From Trichoplax sp. H2 (taxonomy: Eukaryota), in NCBI GenBank assembly GCA_003344405.1, contig NOWV01000016.1, positions 186,001-250,000 of the forward strand: a stretch of 64,000 nucleotides of DNA. Reading direction: 5' to 3'. The position numbers and the translations under genes are program-made. Below the pieces are notes generated by a model. The model ran no database searches. It saw only the letters and a program-made list of their open reading frames with translations, and was not told the DNA's origin. Positions 39,601 through 52,700 of this stretch are shown piece after piece; position 1 is the stretch's first letter; the number at the start of each line of letters is the position of its first letter.

Positions 39601-40119
39601 AGTTTTGGTTGGTTTTTTGCTTGGTACCTTATTAGGTGTCTTGTGGTTCTTAGTCAATCGTGTATGTCAACTGAACAATATATTTTCTAATTAGGCAGTT
39701 ATATTCGGTTACGATATCAGTCTTTACTACAAAGTTATGATTCGAATTTTGGTCTAATTTTCCATCATATATTTTTTTAATAGTTATTTCTTGCCCCTAA
39801 ATTCTTTACAATTGCTTCGTGGTGAGTAACTATGTAATATATTATCCGTGTGCTAAAAGTTTTTAAGCAACCTACCAGAAATATTATGTGTGTACATAAT
39901 TAAAAACATAAATCGGACTATTATATAGGAGGATTTCAGAGTATTTTTGGATACGAGATTCTTCGCTTATTCCTAACGTGATGAGATTCGAATATGCATC
40001 AAGTAGAGGAGAATCTAGGTATAACCTTACTTTATTATGTTTTATGTGGATTTTTTCTGTTTTGACTGACACCAATTCTACTATTTGACAGACTTCGAAG
40101 AAAGAAATCGACGACTTAA
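36636..40119 (+). CDS. DOLPP1: Dolichyldiphosphatase 1 (PAP2 family), 9 exons
   Basis: Exons approx 36636-36717, 38258-38358, 38557-38641, 38734-38830, 38949-39038, 39571-39661, 39784-39821, 39930-40018, 40092-40119. They give [82 protein letters not shown]. The PAP2 motifs KxxxxxxRP, PSSH and SRxxxxxH are present. Confidence 0.95.
39250..39550. repeat. ~100-bp tandem repeat (3 copies) in DOLPP1 intron 5
   Basis: CATTTAATTAGC..TATAGxxTAGGTxTATAxAATTAAATC..TTCAAA near 39259, 39366 and 39461. Confidence 0.85.
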
Positions 40120-41806
40120 ATTTTTTTTTAATTATTTAATTCTGGCATTTTATAGTACGTGTAGTTTAATCGCGTCAAGATATATTTTTGACTGTAATAT
40201 TGCTTTTATATTGCACTAATACTCGTATCATCATCTATTTACCAATGGTTTGCATCATAGCTACGGGTTGATCATGAAGAGGTAAATCATTATTGTTGAA
40301 ATTACATAATCAGTCTTATTACACGAAATGTTTTATAATATTGTTGAAAATTTCAAAAGTTAAAGGTTACGATGACTTCTCTTAATCGCGATACGATATT
40401 GTTACTCAATTTGAGAATATATTTTTGTGGCTGTTGCTACGTCAACGTCTGTCCAGAATATTCGATCTATATTGTCGGGACTGAAATAACGTCTCTGCCA
40501 TCTATATTGAAGATACCTGTAATGGTATTGCTTTAGTAATAATTTGTAAATTTCAAAATTTTATAAGTGTTAGCGTTTTGTACTAAAATAATACAGAAGG
40601 TTGTGATTCTCGACAATTTAAAACTAACACAGAATGCCAATTAAAAACATCAAAAGTACATCTTTTGCGGTCATGTGTATATGCGTTGTTATACAATTAG
40701 AGGAGACACCATCTACCGATTATGCCAGTTTTTTAACACAAATAAAATAAAGGAATCACTATTTTATTAACAAACCACATAGTTTAATGATAGGAGGGAG
40801 GGGATCTTTAGATTGCTTTATAAAATTTTTTCTGAATATTTTGCTTTTATTTCTAGCATAGTCCCAGTTGTAGGCTCAGCAGTCAGTCACAGATATACGG
40901 TAATGACTGACAAATACAACTATAGTTTTTCAAATTTTGTTTTATGTTCATACTATTGACACAGTAACCAGGTTTATCTTGAAACGATAGATAGACAGCT
41001 ACTCTAAATTTAACCGATAAATAATATTAATAGTTTCCGAATTCATAACTATTTATAAATTATAATTATGGATACAGTAACAAGTTCCAACTGTTACATA
41101 GATTTATTCCTCACGCATATATGTGTTCGATTGATTACTAATGAGGGAATGATACTGTATGTTAGATATAGATATACAACATTTAAACGATGACTATTTA
41201 GTAATTTTCAGGTTGGTTACATACGCTACCATAGGTATGGCAGCGAATTTTAGTCATGCAAGAAGGTAGTTACTCAATGAACCATAAAGATAATCGAGAC
41301 TAGATGAAAAACGAAGTTAGTTACATGGACTTTACGAATGGATATCTAACAGGTTCTAAATTTCTTACATGCATAGCAAAGCTACAGCAAGCCAGAGCTA
41401 TTAGAAAAAAGAATTCATGAGTAAGCTTAGTCAGTTCTGGCCGTAGTAAAGGCTTAGGCTATACTATAACCAAAGTGTCCTCACTTCTCACCCATTGTAT
41501 ATCAAAACTATCAAGATTAGAGACAACTAAAATTTTATTACACAGTATGGAAATAATAACCTAACTATATCTGAACATTTAACCAACTTCTTTATTGCTG
41601 AAATTCGATAACCTGTGATTTACTATCTAGAATAACATAAAGTTTAAACTAGAAAACTAAGATAGTGAAAAGTACTGCATATCACTTAATTAAAAAACGA
41701 GTTTATGCTCCCAGAGAATATCGATAACCATACACTTAAACAATGAAGTTCGATATAATGCAGGTATAATTCATTTAGTAGATTGTTTTAATTTACTGTT
41801 GATTTT

Positions 41807-44800
41807 TTATAGCTTAGGTTTTGTTAAGAGTAATGCTTGCATGTCCAGAAGGCTCTTGCTCACTAATTCGGCAAACAATTTACCATTTGTATCAGGACAG
41901 CTATTAAAAGTCGAGCAAGAGTATCGATAATTATTTGGATTTGGGCTATAACAAACACCATAACAATCAGGAGCGGTTGGACCAAAAAATAGAGAGAGAT
42001 CACAATTTGACGATACCTATGTACAGCCAAGAGCAAATGCTAAATTAATTGATATACATACATTCCAATAGAAAATAAATTTAGGTTATAAAAGTTTTAT
42101 CCGTAATTATTACTGTAAATATTTTCATGAGACTTACTTGACTAGTAGACAATAGGATACGAGTACTTTTAGTATAGCCAACATCTTTATGCAACTCTGG
42201 TACTTCTAGACCTTGCTCCATTGCAATTAATTTCATTCCCAAAAGGTGACGATCCCAACCATGTCCCGTTATTGCCTATTTGAAAACAGTCAAATTAAAG
42301 TTATACAGGTGCTAGTATGTAAGATGTAAGTGAGTCCAATTCTATTATACTTTTATGGTGACATCTTTGTGGCGATTTAAAGCCGCAAGCATCAGCTCCC
42401 TTCTTTCTTGATTCTAATACATAGACATTGACAAGTCCCTTTTAGCATATTTATACAACTAAGTTCTTCATCTTGAAATTACGATATATTAAAATGACTT
42501 ACGCTGTAACTTGGCCAATCGATAGCTCGAGCAAAGGTATCTGATTCTATCGTCGCAGATCTAATTGTTTCAGTACGTCCCAGTATATACTGGCGAGTGC
42601 CACCACTTTCATATGTTGGTGGTGATCGGCCATGCAATCTGTTTATTGTAATTGCAAAAATGTTAATAAGATGTTTAACCCAGAAGAATAGGAGGAATTT
42701 AAAAAAACTGATATCTACAATACCTGTAATATGCTAGCTGCATTGCTATTTGGAAGAAACCGTCTGGACTTAGTTTATATGACCTTACAAAATTTGCACC
42801 GAATGCATCAAAGACTATGGCCCTAAGATCTACATCTTTTGCCAGTCTATTATCATAAAAATAAAACTTCGATTTTATGTCTCTGTTGAGTCTAGTATGA
42901 AATGCTTATACTTTTATAGGCCTAGATAAACCTACTTGTTAATTTTTGTTGTTGCTTGTAATATATCATTTCTTGTTTGATGGGTTATAAGCCAATGGAG
43001 TGGTCTTACTGTAGGTAATGATTCAGGGTTGATATTTTCATTTGTGTTTAAGCGGTTATTCATACTTAAAAATTAGATAAAATTTCAGTTATAAGTTTAG
43101 GATCATATTACTAAGTAGTTAGGGTAAGTATCTCTGTATTATATTTTACTGATATATCACTATCATACCAATAATTGCACACATGATCAAGTGCTGTAAC
43201 AACTGGAGGGCCTTCGCCAGCAGAGTGCTCGTAGTTTGCTCCAATTAGACCATCTGGGCCAATGATTAACTACAACATTATCAATTTGACGATATTATTA
43301 GACATGTATTAAACAATTCCTTCTATGCTAACGTGTACATCTAACTCGTTAAAATATTACCTCAATGGTCTTGTCAAACCACCGATTACCGCTATTGAAT
43401 AAGCTACCTTCACCATGCAAGAGCATTCTACTGTGGTAATTCCTAAAGTATTGCATATATTCCTTGCCATCAGCATTACCAGAATAGCTAATACCAGGAC
43501 GGTCAATACAAATAGCAAAAAGTGCCGTTTTTATAGTCTCTAAGTTGTCCTTATTGATGGGATCTGTAAAAATTAGATCAGCTATTTGTTACTGTACTAT
43601 TGCTACCAATATCAAAATTTGGATATGTTACATGGGTTATCACAACCTTGTGCAAGATGAGCGTAAGCTTCGGCCCAAGAATCTCTATCATTCGATGTTA
43701 ATATACCGATAGATTCAACAGGTTGTGGAGTACTAGCAACAACTAATTTTAGTTGTTGGTGTATCTGTTCGGCAGATATTTTCTGTCCGTTTCGCATCAC
43801 GTCAACAGCAAAAATCTAATCAATTCGGTACCGGAAAAAAAATTGAAGTTAATGGTATTCATATGGCTACAAATTAACGAATAATTAATGTTGCGAAATA
43901 ATGAGATCTGTATTTATATTTTGAAATCGATTGTTCACTGTAATAAGTATATGTATGTACGTCTTACATCCATAGGTAATTACTTGTCTTGTGTACATGC
44001 ATATAGCTCTGAATGTACATTTTATCTATCGTGTGATATTGTTACAAGATTTTACCCAAAGCAGAAGTTATTTGGTATGTACTGTAGATATCATATTTAG
44101 TAGATCTTCTAATTTTTTTCATTAAAACGGTTACCTGATTATTATAGATTACAATAATGTGATTGCATGGTGGGTTACCATAGGGATGGGTGTAAAAAGC
44201 ATCTCTTTTTGGTTTAGGAACTCTACAGGAACCAAAGATATTCGTGTGTTGTATCATACACATTGGGCGCTTTCCTGCAGTATCCACTTCTAAATCTCCA
44301 CTACAATATAAATAACGAAATAGCGACAGTGACAAGAATTAATAAGTAAGGACTTCTATGCTTGAATAGCTCTATTTTTAGCAGATATTGAGCATTTCAA
44401 TACAGTAGTTGCTACTAATAAGCAATGGATACTTTATCTCATACCGAATTATTTTTTCGTAGTATTCTAAGGCAGAATAAGCCGCCATTGCTCCATATCT
44501 ACAATTATTTAATTAGTGTTGAGAGTTATTATGGTTTGTTTTAGCAAAAAAAAGATCATTTGAAATAATTTCTTTCTGGCACTGAATTCAATTTACAACG
44601 TATCAATGATATCACGTGCAACAATCAATATGTAAAAGAATATTTTGAACGACATACTCAAGTTGGCCTTCTAATCCACTGAAATTAAATTTTGGAAATA
44701 TAATAGCTGGATTAGAATTAACAATATTGGGTGCACGATACTCCAAGTAGGCGTAATTAAGCCACCATTCAGCAAGCTAAATAATGGATATTCATTAGTT

Positions 44801-45315
44801 AGAAATTTAAATGTTTTCTTTGCAATTATAAAATATCTCTTAGTTAATAGGTGTTCACGACTGGCCGTCAAATAGACGAATGTTTTAATTTAAGTAAAGT
44901 AGGTGTGAACATGCGAGTTATATTATAAAAAACATTTAGGCAAGTAAGTTATTCAACTTATGGATGAGTATTTTAAAGTAGTAGACATATTATTTTACTG
45001 TATACTTGTTATTATATCGATGGTTATTACCCAATTGTTATGCTGTTTGGCTCTTTCTTTCAGCTTTTCATTAAGAGTATGTCCGATACCACCGGATTCA
45101 CCAAATTTTTCAACTATTTTTTTGGTATTTTCGAATTCAACAGAAGTTAATAATGGCTTAATTGATAGCAAGTATCGATCTAATGTATCCTTTAACGGAG
45201 GAACAGGCAAGTGAGGTAGTGAGGATTGATGAGTTAAAAACCCACGAGCAGCAGTGATTACTGGTAATAGCCTTTGCTGATGATAGAGCTTCGTTTTCAT
45301 GATTGTTTTCAGCAT
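41807..45315 (-). CDS. CRAT: Carnitine O-acetyltransferase (choline/carnitine acyltransferase family), multi-exon
   Basis: Motifs: HQSSLPHLPVPPLKDTLDRYL, NWLAEWWLNYAYLEYR, PMCMIQH..CRVP, GILTSNDRDSWA, NRWFDKTI, catalytic NYEHSAGEGPP, SPDGFFQIAMQLAYY, TYESG..GRTETIRS, GHGWDRHLLG, LSTSQV, FGPTAPDCYGVCY. The protein ends LLTKPKL* (TAA 41809-41807). The true N-terminus is uncertain: ATG 45315 or an upstream exon. Confidence 0.9.
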
Positions 45316-48169
45316 GAGGAACAATTAACGACTAAAAAACAAAAGTGCAAAATTTATAAGTACCATGTTCATAAAGTAAGGATATTCTTAACTTATCCAG
45401 TACTCTCTTATCCATTCGCAACATGAAGTCAATAGAAAATGAATGTATGACAACTAATCAAGATATCACCCCTAATTGGTTGTATTACAGATTTGGAAAT
45501 AGATCGCTAGCCCAGCCGAGCTGAAGCTAGTGAAATAACTTATTTGATGGACGCACCAAAATTGAAGGAAATGATGTAGGGTTTGCATGCAATGACATTG
45601 TCAGTATAGGTTATCAAGTAGGCACGACCTTATTAGACGCCTATCGTATTGGCATGATGGAAGATGGCAAGGTAAACGAAATGGTCAGCTACTTCCATGC
45701 TATGATAGACTGCTTACGTAAGTTATCATCAATATGCCATACATGGATCATGTAGTTATGGCTAATGATGACAAGGTGTAGAGCATTTTAAGCTGATTTA
45801 CGTAGACCAAAGCTTGAAGATTAACTTACTATGCTATGATAGATTATCTACACAAGACTAATGATACGCGTCTATTCGCCAGACATGAACATGGCGATAA
45901 ATTGTAGGACATTTTACCTGGCGTAGCTAAGAAGTTGAAGTGATAAATCAACTTATCCTATGAGCATATATACAAGATAGCAAGGCCTAGGGCATTTTAC
46001 AGTTAGTAGGATTTACGTTGTAGAAAAGTCTTAAATGGTCCGTCAATAAATATGATGATAAACTATCAACATACATATGTGAGTAAGTGGCAATTGATGC
46101 GCACGTCTATAAAGTAGATGAGATGGAGAAAAGTTGGAATGATCAGTTAATAAATGTTATGATAGACTATCGACATATATGTACGAGTAAGACGCCATGA
46201 TGCCCACGTCTATTATATTTAAGTAAGGGTAATTATAGTGATGAAATATTGGGCGTTTTAGCAGAATTGACCGAACTGAAAAGTATAAATGATCAACCAA
46301 TTGATGTTATAATAGAGTATCTACATATGATCCATCAATTCCTGTACGAATGTTGGCATGGCTATGACAACAAGATGTGGCGAATGATAACAAGGTACAG
46401 TATAGGGTATTTTAGCGGAGTCTCCTTATGCGTAGATCCAAGGTTTGCATGATCAACTTATGTTATCGTCGAGTATCTCTACATGATCAATGATACATTG
46501 ATTGTGTGGCATAGTCAAGGATGGCAAAACGTGGAGGTATACAGCACTAGCGGAATTGATCTCCGTCTTATTGGTATAGCAATGATGAAGGATGATAAAG
46601 CATAAGGCTTATGAGTAGAATCGACGTAGGTCACAAGTCTGAGCGATCCAAGAATAAAATTGGATGATAGAGTATCCATGAAGTGATCGATAACGATGGT
46701 TGAAAAAAGGCTTTGAAAATTTGGGGATATAGTGCTGATCTAATGGTTTCTCTCCCGTTCTGGATTCGCCAATTAAACAGATAGCGGATAAAGGATCGGT
46801 CCATCACTGAATCATTCATGAAATGACCGTAATCAATTTTATTGCTACGTATTATGGTAGAATACTTGTCCATTCTTTCTTTCTTCCCGCTGTTATGATA
46901 CAAGCGATGGGGGAAGAAAGTGATAATAAAATTAGTTGGATGATGGTGGTGGAATCGTATATCGTTTCTAGCATTTATTTGCATAGGAAAAATCATTTTG
47001 TTGTCAAATGATGGCCGATTTTAATATAATAACGTGGTTGTCAGCTCAAGGAAGAAATGGACAATCTACTATATAGGGAAGGACACCATGATAGCAACAT
47101 AACAGCAGAAGCCAAACTAAACAACTGTATCCATAACGGAAATGATCGTTAACAGCGAGTAGCGACAGTAATCGAAGATATGGATGAAAATAGTGAATAA
47201 TATCGATGGAAAAGTCTCTACCTTGTTAAGCTGGCAGCTGCAATCGTCCAGAGGAGACTTCCGATTGGATTTGAGGCCTAGGGGTACTGTCAATGAATTT
47301 CTCTTCCTGTTAAGAGATAGACTGTACTGTAGAATAATATTACTAGTATTCCCTAAACAGTTGAACAGCCGGCGCAAGCAGGTTGTAGAGTAGGATGTCT
47401 CCTCATGTAGGAGGTTCTAGTAGTCATTTAGACTGATCAATCATGTCTTGGGCAAGGATACAAGGGTCATCAAGGGGTGAAAAAGGAATGGCTTCTTGCT
47501 CATAACGTGCACTAGTCATCCATTAAAGTAAGAGCGATACTATGGGCTATTAGTCAATCAAGCTTACGCCTATCTCGCCATACAAAGTTCGCACCCTTTC
47601 CGCCCTCGGGGTCATTAAGCTCATGAATAAAATCAATCAATTATAATAATAATAATTCTATCATACTGAAGGCACTGCTTGCAGTATGATAGAATACAAT
47701 GTCAGCAAAAGGTAAAAGAGGAGAGGTTTTGTTTAAGTTTTCTCATGCTGTCTACTGTATAGTATTGCCTAAGGCAGTATTGTACAATTACTGTCCATAG
47801 AGAAAGTGTCCATCCATTTTTGCTCTTTAAAGATACGAGCTCAACTTACATTGATTCTGTGCAAGTGCATTGGAAGATCCTCTTTTTTTTTTACAGGACT
47901 TTTTGGTGCCTATTTAAGAAGATCAATTCTTCTGCCAGCAATCTCCATGCACTTCTGTCTAACCCGTAGAGTTAAGAAAAAAACAATTCTATGGTCTAAC
48001 CTCGTAGAAGCATCATCTGCAGTATTTTAAGAGTACACAAGAGCAAATTGACCGAGTTCTTACTATACTTTTGCATTTTATTTTTTTTGGGGGGGGGGGA
48101 AGGTCTGGACGAGACTGCGGACAAACTGATCACTATAATCGTCTATTATTATTATACGTAATGACTAAG

Positions 48170-48686
48170 AACTACGAACCGGTAGTGCTAGCCATGAAGA
48201 ACTAGGCCAAGGAAACCTACAGTATAAGCACTTGTGATCAATTCGGCAAGAACGTACCGACTAAGAACTAAAAACCAGTAGAGCTAGCCATGAAGAACTA
48301 GGCCAAGGAAACCTACAGTATAAGCACTTGTGATCAATTCGGTAAGAACGAACCGACTAAGAACTAAAAACCAGTAGAGCTAGCCATGAAGAACTAGGCC
48401 AAGGAAACCTACAGTATAAGCACTTGTGATCAATTCGGTAAGAACGAACCGACTAAGAACTAAAAACCAGTAGAGCTAGCCATGAAGAACTAGGCCAAGG
48501 AAACCTACAGTATAAGCACTTGTGATCAATTCGGTAAGAACGAACCGACTAAGAACTAAAAACCAGTAGAGCTAGCCATGAAGAACTAGGCCAAGGAAAC
48601 CTACAGTATAAGCACTTATGATCAATTCGGCAAGAACGTACCGACTAAGAACCAGTAGTGCTAGCCATGAAGAACTAGGCCAAGTC
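48170..48686. repeat. 96-bp tandem minisatellite, 5 full near-identical copies plus a partial
   Basis: CCATGAAGAACTAGGCCAAG recurs at 48192, 48288, 48384, 48480, 48576 and 48665. Confidence 0.97.
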
Positions 48687-49590
48687 GACAATCTATTTTG
48701 CACACTAGGAGACTGGTAGTAGAACACTAGAGCAAAGATACGATGTGCAAATAAATTGTCACCTATTTCATGCCACAGTCTTCCTTATACTGTAGTGTAC
48801 TTGTATCTTGATAAATAAGAGGAGAAACGAAGGCCATGCGACAATCTATTTTGCACACTAGGAGACTGGTAGTAGAACACTACAGCAAGATACGATGTGC
48901 AAATAAATTGTCACCTATTTCATGCCACAGTTTTCCTCATCAGTAGTAGAATTGTATCTTGCTAAATAACAGGAGAAACGAAGGCCATGCGACAATCTAT
49001 TTTGCACACTAGGAGACTGGTAGTAGAACACTACAGCAAGATACGATATGCAAATAAATTGTCACCTATTTCATGCCACAGTTTTCCTCATACTGTAGTG
49101 TACTTGTATCTTGCTAAATAACAGGTGAAACGAAGGCCATGCGACAATCTATTTTGCACACTAGGAGACTGGTAGTAGAACACTACAGCAAGATACGATA
49201 TGCAAATAAATTGTCACCTATTGCATGCCACAGTCTTCCTCATACTGTAGTGTACTTGTATGGTGCTATGCGGCCATCTATTTTGCACACGAGAAGACTC
49301 GTAGTAGCTTAGAAGAGCAAGATACGATGTGCAAATAAGTTGTCACCTATTTCTTGCCACAGTTCTAGTTGTACTGTTTATGTATTTTGCTGAAAAAGAG
49401 ATGAAACCGAGGGCGTGTGAAAATCTATCTTGCACTTTAGCAGACTCTTAGTAGTACAGTACAATAAGATACTATGTACAAATAAATTGCCATCTATTTT
49501 ATGTTACAGTCTTGTTTATACAGAATTTGTATCCAGCTAAAAAAAAGAGATGAAACGGAGCCCATGCGACAATCTATTTTGCACACTAGC
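48687..49590. repeat. ~152-bp tandem repeat, about 6 copies, decaying toward SNRNP40
   Basis: GACAATCTATTTTGCACACTAG occurs at 48687, 48840, 48991, 49143 and 49568, with diverged copies near 49273 and 49419. Confidence 0.95.
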
Positions 49591-49788
49591 AAACTCGTAG
49601 GGTGGTTAATGCGCTTGTCTCTTCTGGAAGGTGCGCAGACTCTGTTCAATCGTAGCATCATCCTTGGCTGTGATATTGCTCTGTATACTATACCATAGTG
49701 TCAAGAAGTACTGTATGGGATAGTCAACTGCAGTACAATATACAACGCACGCTTGGAGCGCCTATACAAAGCTTCAAGAAGTGCAAAC

Positions 49789-52700
49789 ATGGCGACCGTT
49801 GGTGTTAAACGCGCTAACGATGACAACTTTGATGGGACTGTAGTTGCTGTCAAGAAGAATAAATATGAATTAGAAGTCAGCCGAAAGAATCAGCAATTAA
49901 TTGCTTCGGTAATAGTCAAGTTTGATAGGGTTTAACTTAGCTTAATAACACTTTTATCTTGTATGATCAGAAAAACATGTCTTTCGCTTATGCTGTCGAT
50001 AGTATACCAACCCAATCGACCCTTTGATCCATCCATAGACACTTTTGCATTCAATAGACTGTATATTCAGTGATCTTGCCATAAAATCATATCTTTCCAA
50101 CCTCTATCTAATTGAACTAGATGGAGTAATGTCCTCGTTAGGATATAGAAGCGTTCGAATGTTGGAAAATAACTTGCATGGGCTCAATAGCTTATTTATT
50201 GTCGAATATATTCAAATCCTATGCAACAATCACTTTATTCCTCGACAGTCTAGTATAGCCCTGTGTTGATCGTAGTTTGTCGCATTAATGCTCAATTACA
50301 ACACTTACAGTTTTGGACTTTATCCAAGACAGTAACTGCGTGGAATAAGCATGGATAGTGTAAATAAATTGCCCTAGCACAAACCATCAGTATGAGTAAA
50401 GAGCTGATGTCCTTTTTAATATTCTAAATCGTATGCCATCGGAAATGGCCTCGGTAGACGATCAGCTTGAAAGAGCTACATGATTGGCATAAGCTCAACA
50501 GCTTGTTGTCTGATATCGAAATCCTATACGACAGTACAGTAACTTTTATTCCTCGACAATAGCAGGTATTTGTTGATAATAATTTGTCGTAGTGATGTCC
50601 AGTTGACAACACGTATTTGGACTTTATGCCGCACACTGTGTGCGTGAAATAAGAATGGATAGTACGAGTAAATGAATTACCTCAGTAGAAATCATCAGTA
50701 CGAGTAAAGAACTAGTGAGCCTTGTACTATTATTATATCCGTAAAGCGTAAACTATCAGGCTGAAACAGCTACATGATTGAAAGGGATATTTATCGAAGT
50801 CATACCCGGTGACAGTACCTGGTGCATTTTGTCAAATATAGGACTGTAATAGGTGAAGTGAAAGTGGATGGTAAATCACTTGTGTCACTACAACCGAAAG
50901 GTCTGTGGATATGCTCGCGAAATTATACTGTAATCTGTTTTCTTCCTATAACCTTATGCCTTTGATCACCGAGCAATAGACTTGTTGCAATCAAAAGATG
51001 GTGTATGCTATCTTATGACAACGAACTACATCTCAACATTTTATAGCAACCATACCATGACGATGTAGTAATAAACTATATATAAATGTTCTTGTTATAT
51101 TTCTACCGCCCAATTAATATACTCTTATGTATACGTGATACTAAATCCTTCTTTGTCTGTAATGACAGGGTCCTCCTCGAACTTCATCACTTTTGGCACC
51201 AATTATGCTGCTAACTGGTCATGAGGTAAACTGAATAGTCATAGATTACTTATTACTAAGTAAAAGCTGCTCGGAAGATTTACTGTATGTATGACTAAGG
51301 ATCGATGGAATATGACCACTGTAGAAAAGTGATCAATATTGCTATTGGGTATTGTAGGGAGAAATATATACAGCTAAATTTCATCCTGATGGGGAAGTGC
51401 TGGCTTCTGCTTCCTTTGAAAGAAAAATTTGTAAGTCGGTTTTCTACACATTCTATTTTTTATTATTCAAAAAATTCGTTTAAAAGTGGACATGATCAAT
51501 AAGTCAGCATTCTCACTGCAACAGCAGTGCTAATAAACACCTTAACCATTAAGGTTTCTACAAAATACTATCTTTACTCTTCCTGTTCAAGCTGAATGTG
51601 AGATGTTATTTACAGTTGAGAAATTAGAAAATATTACTTGTGAAAGGATTGATTCACTATGCATATTGATTTAATATTACTACGGTATAATCTACTGTTG
51701 ATTATTTACGATTTACTACGGGTTTAGTCTAAATTAAACTGATAAATGTGTAAAGTCTCAATCTCATGCAAGTAATCATCAAATGTAATCCCCTTAACTT
51801 TAAGCGTATAATAATGATCACCAACTTTAACCTTGTCAATAAATTGTACCCTTATTTTCTTAGTTTTGTGGAATATTTATGGTGAGTGTGAAAATTATGC
51901 TATCCTGGAAGGTCATAAAGGAGCCGTTTTAGACTTGCACTTTTCTACAGATGGCAGGTACTTACTGAAACCATATGCGTATTTATTATTTTAGACTGGC
52001 ACTATAATTGCGAGAAAATAGTATTTTAAGGAATTGTAGCATAAGCAGAAAAAAGTGCTATCATTAAGATCAAACTATTGTGGTATTGTCTAAAAAGGAT
52101 ATGTTGTTTATTCTTTAGCCAACTGTTTTCAGCTTCAACAGATAAAACTGCAGCAATATGGGACTTTGAATCTGGGCAAAGAACTAAAAAGTTTAAAGGC
52201 CATACAGGTATTGTAAATAGTTGCCACCCATCTCGCCGTGGGACCCAAATGCTTGTTACAGGATCTGATGATTGTACTGCGAAATTGTGGGATGTTAGAA
52301 GAAGAGAACCAGTACATTCATTCCAGAGCAATTATCAAGTAATTTGATAAAATATTTCTCTTATATTTTAGAGGTATCAACGTAAGGATATGATTCTAGT
52401 TTATAAAATTAACACTTATTTCGTTTCCCTTTAAAGGTCACAGCCGTAAGTTTTAACGACACAGGTGATCAAATTATATCTGGTGGTTTGGATAACGTGA
52501 TTAGGGTAATGGATATGATTTAATTACATTCTTAAATACGATAAGTTATTTTTATGTTACGGCTATTAATAAGAATGTGGTGAAAGCATACGTACATGAG
52601 ATCTATAATGTATTTTACGATCTATTCTCTCGTTTAGGTGTGGGATTTGCGTAAGAACAATATCATGTATTCTATGTCTGGACATCTTGATACTATTACT

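Noticed and set aside
46249-47393. Several 60-121-aa ORFs upstream of CRAT
   Set aside because: They overlap on both strands, lie partly in degenerate repeats and show no domain signal.
48170-49590. Regularly spaced repeats resembling a CRISPR array or a 32-codon coding repeat
   Set aside because: Units repeat in full with no unique spacers, there are no cas genes, the context is eukaryotic, and all three plus-strand frames of the 96-bp unit contain stops.
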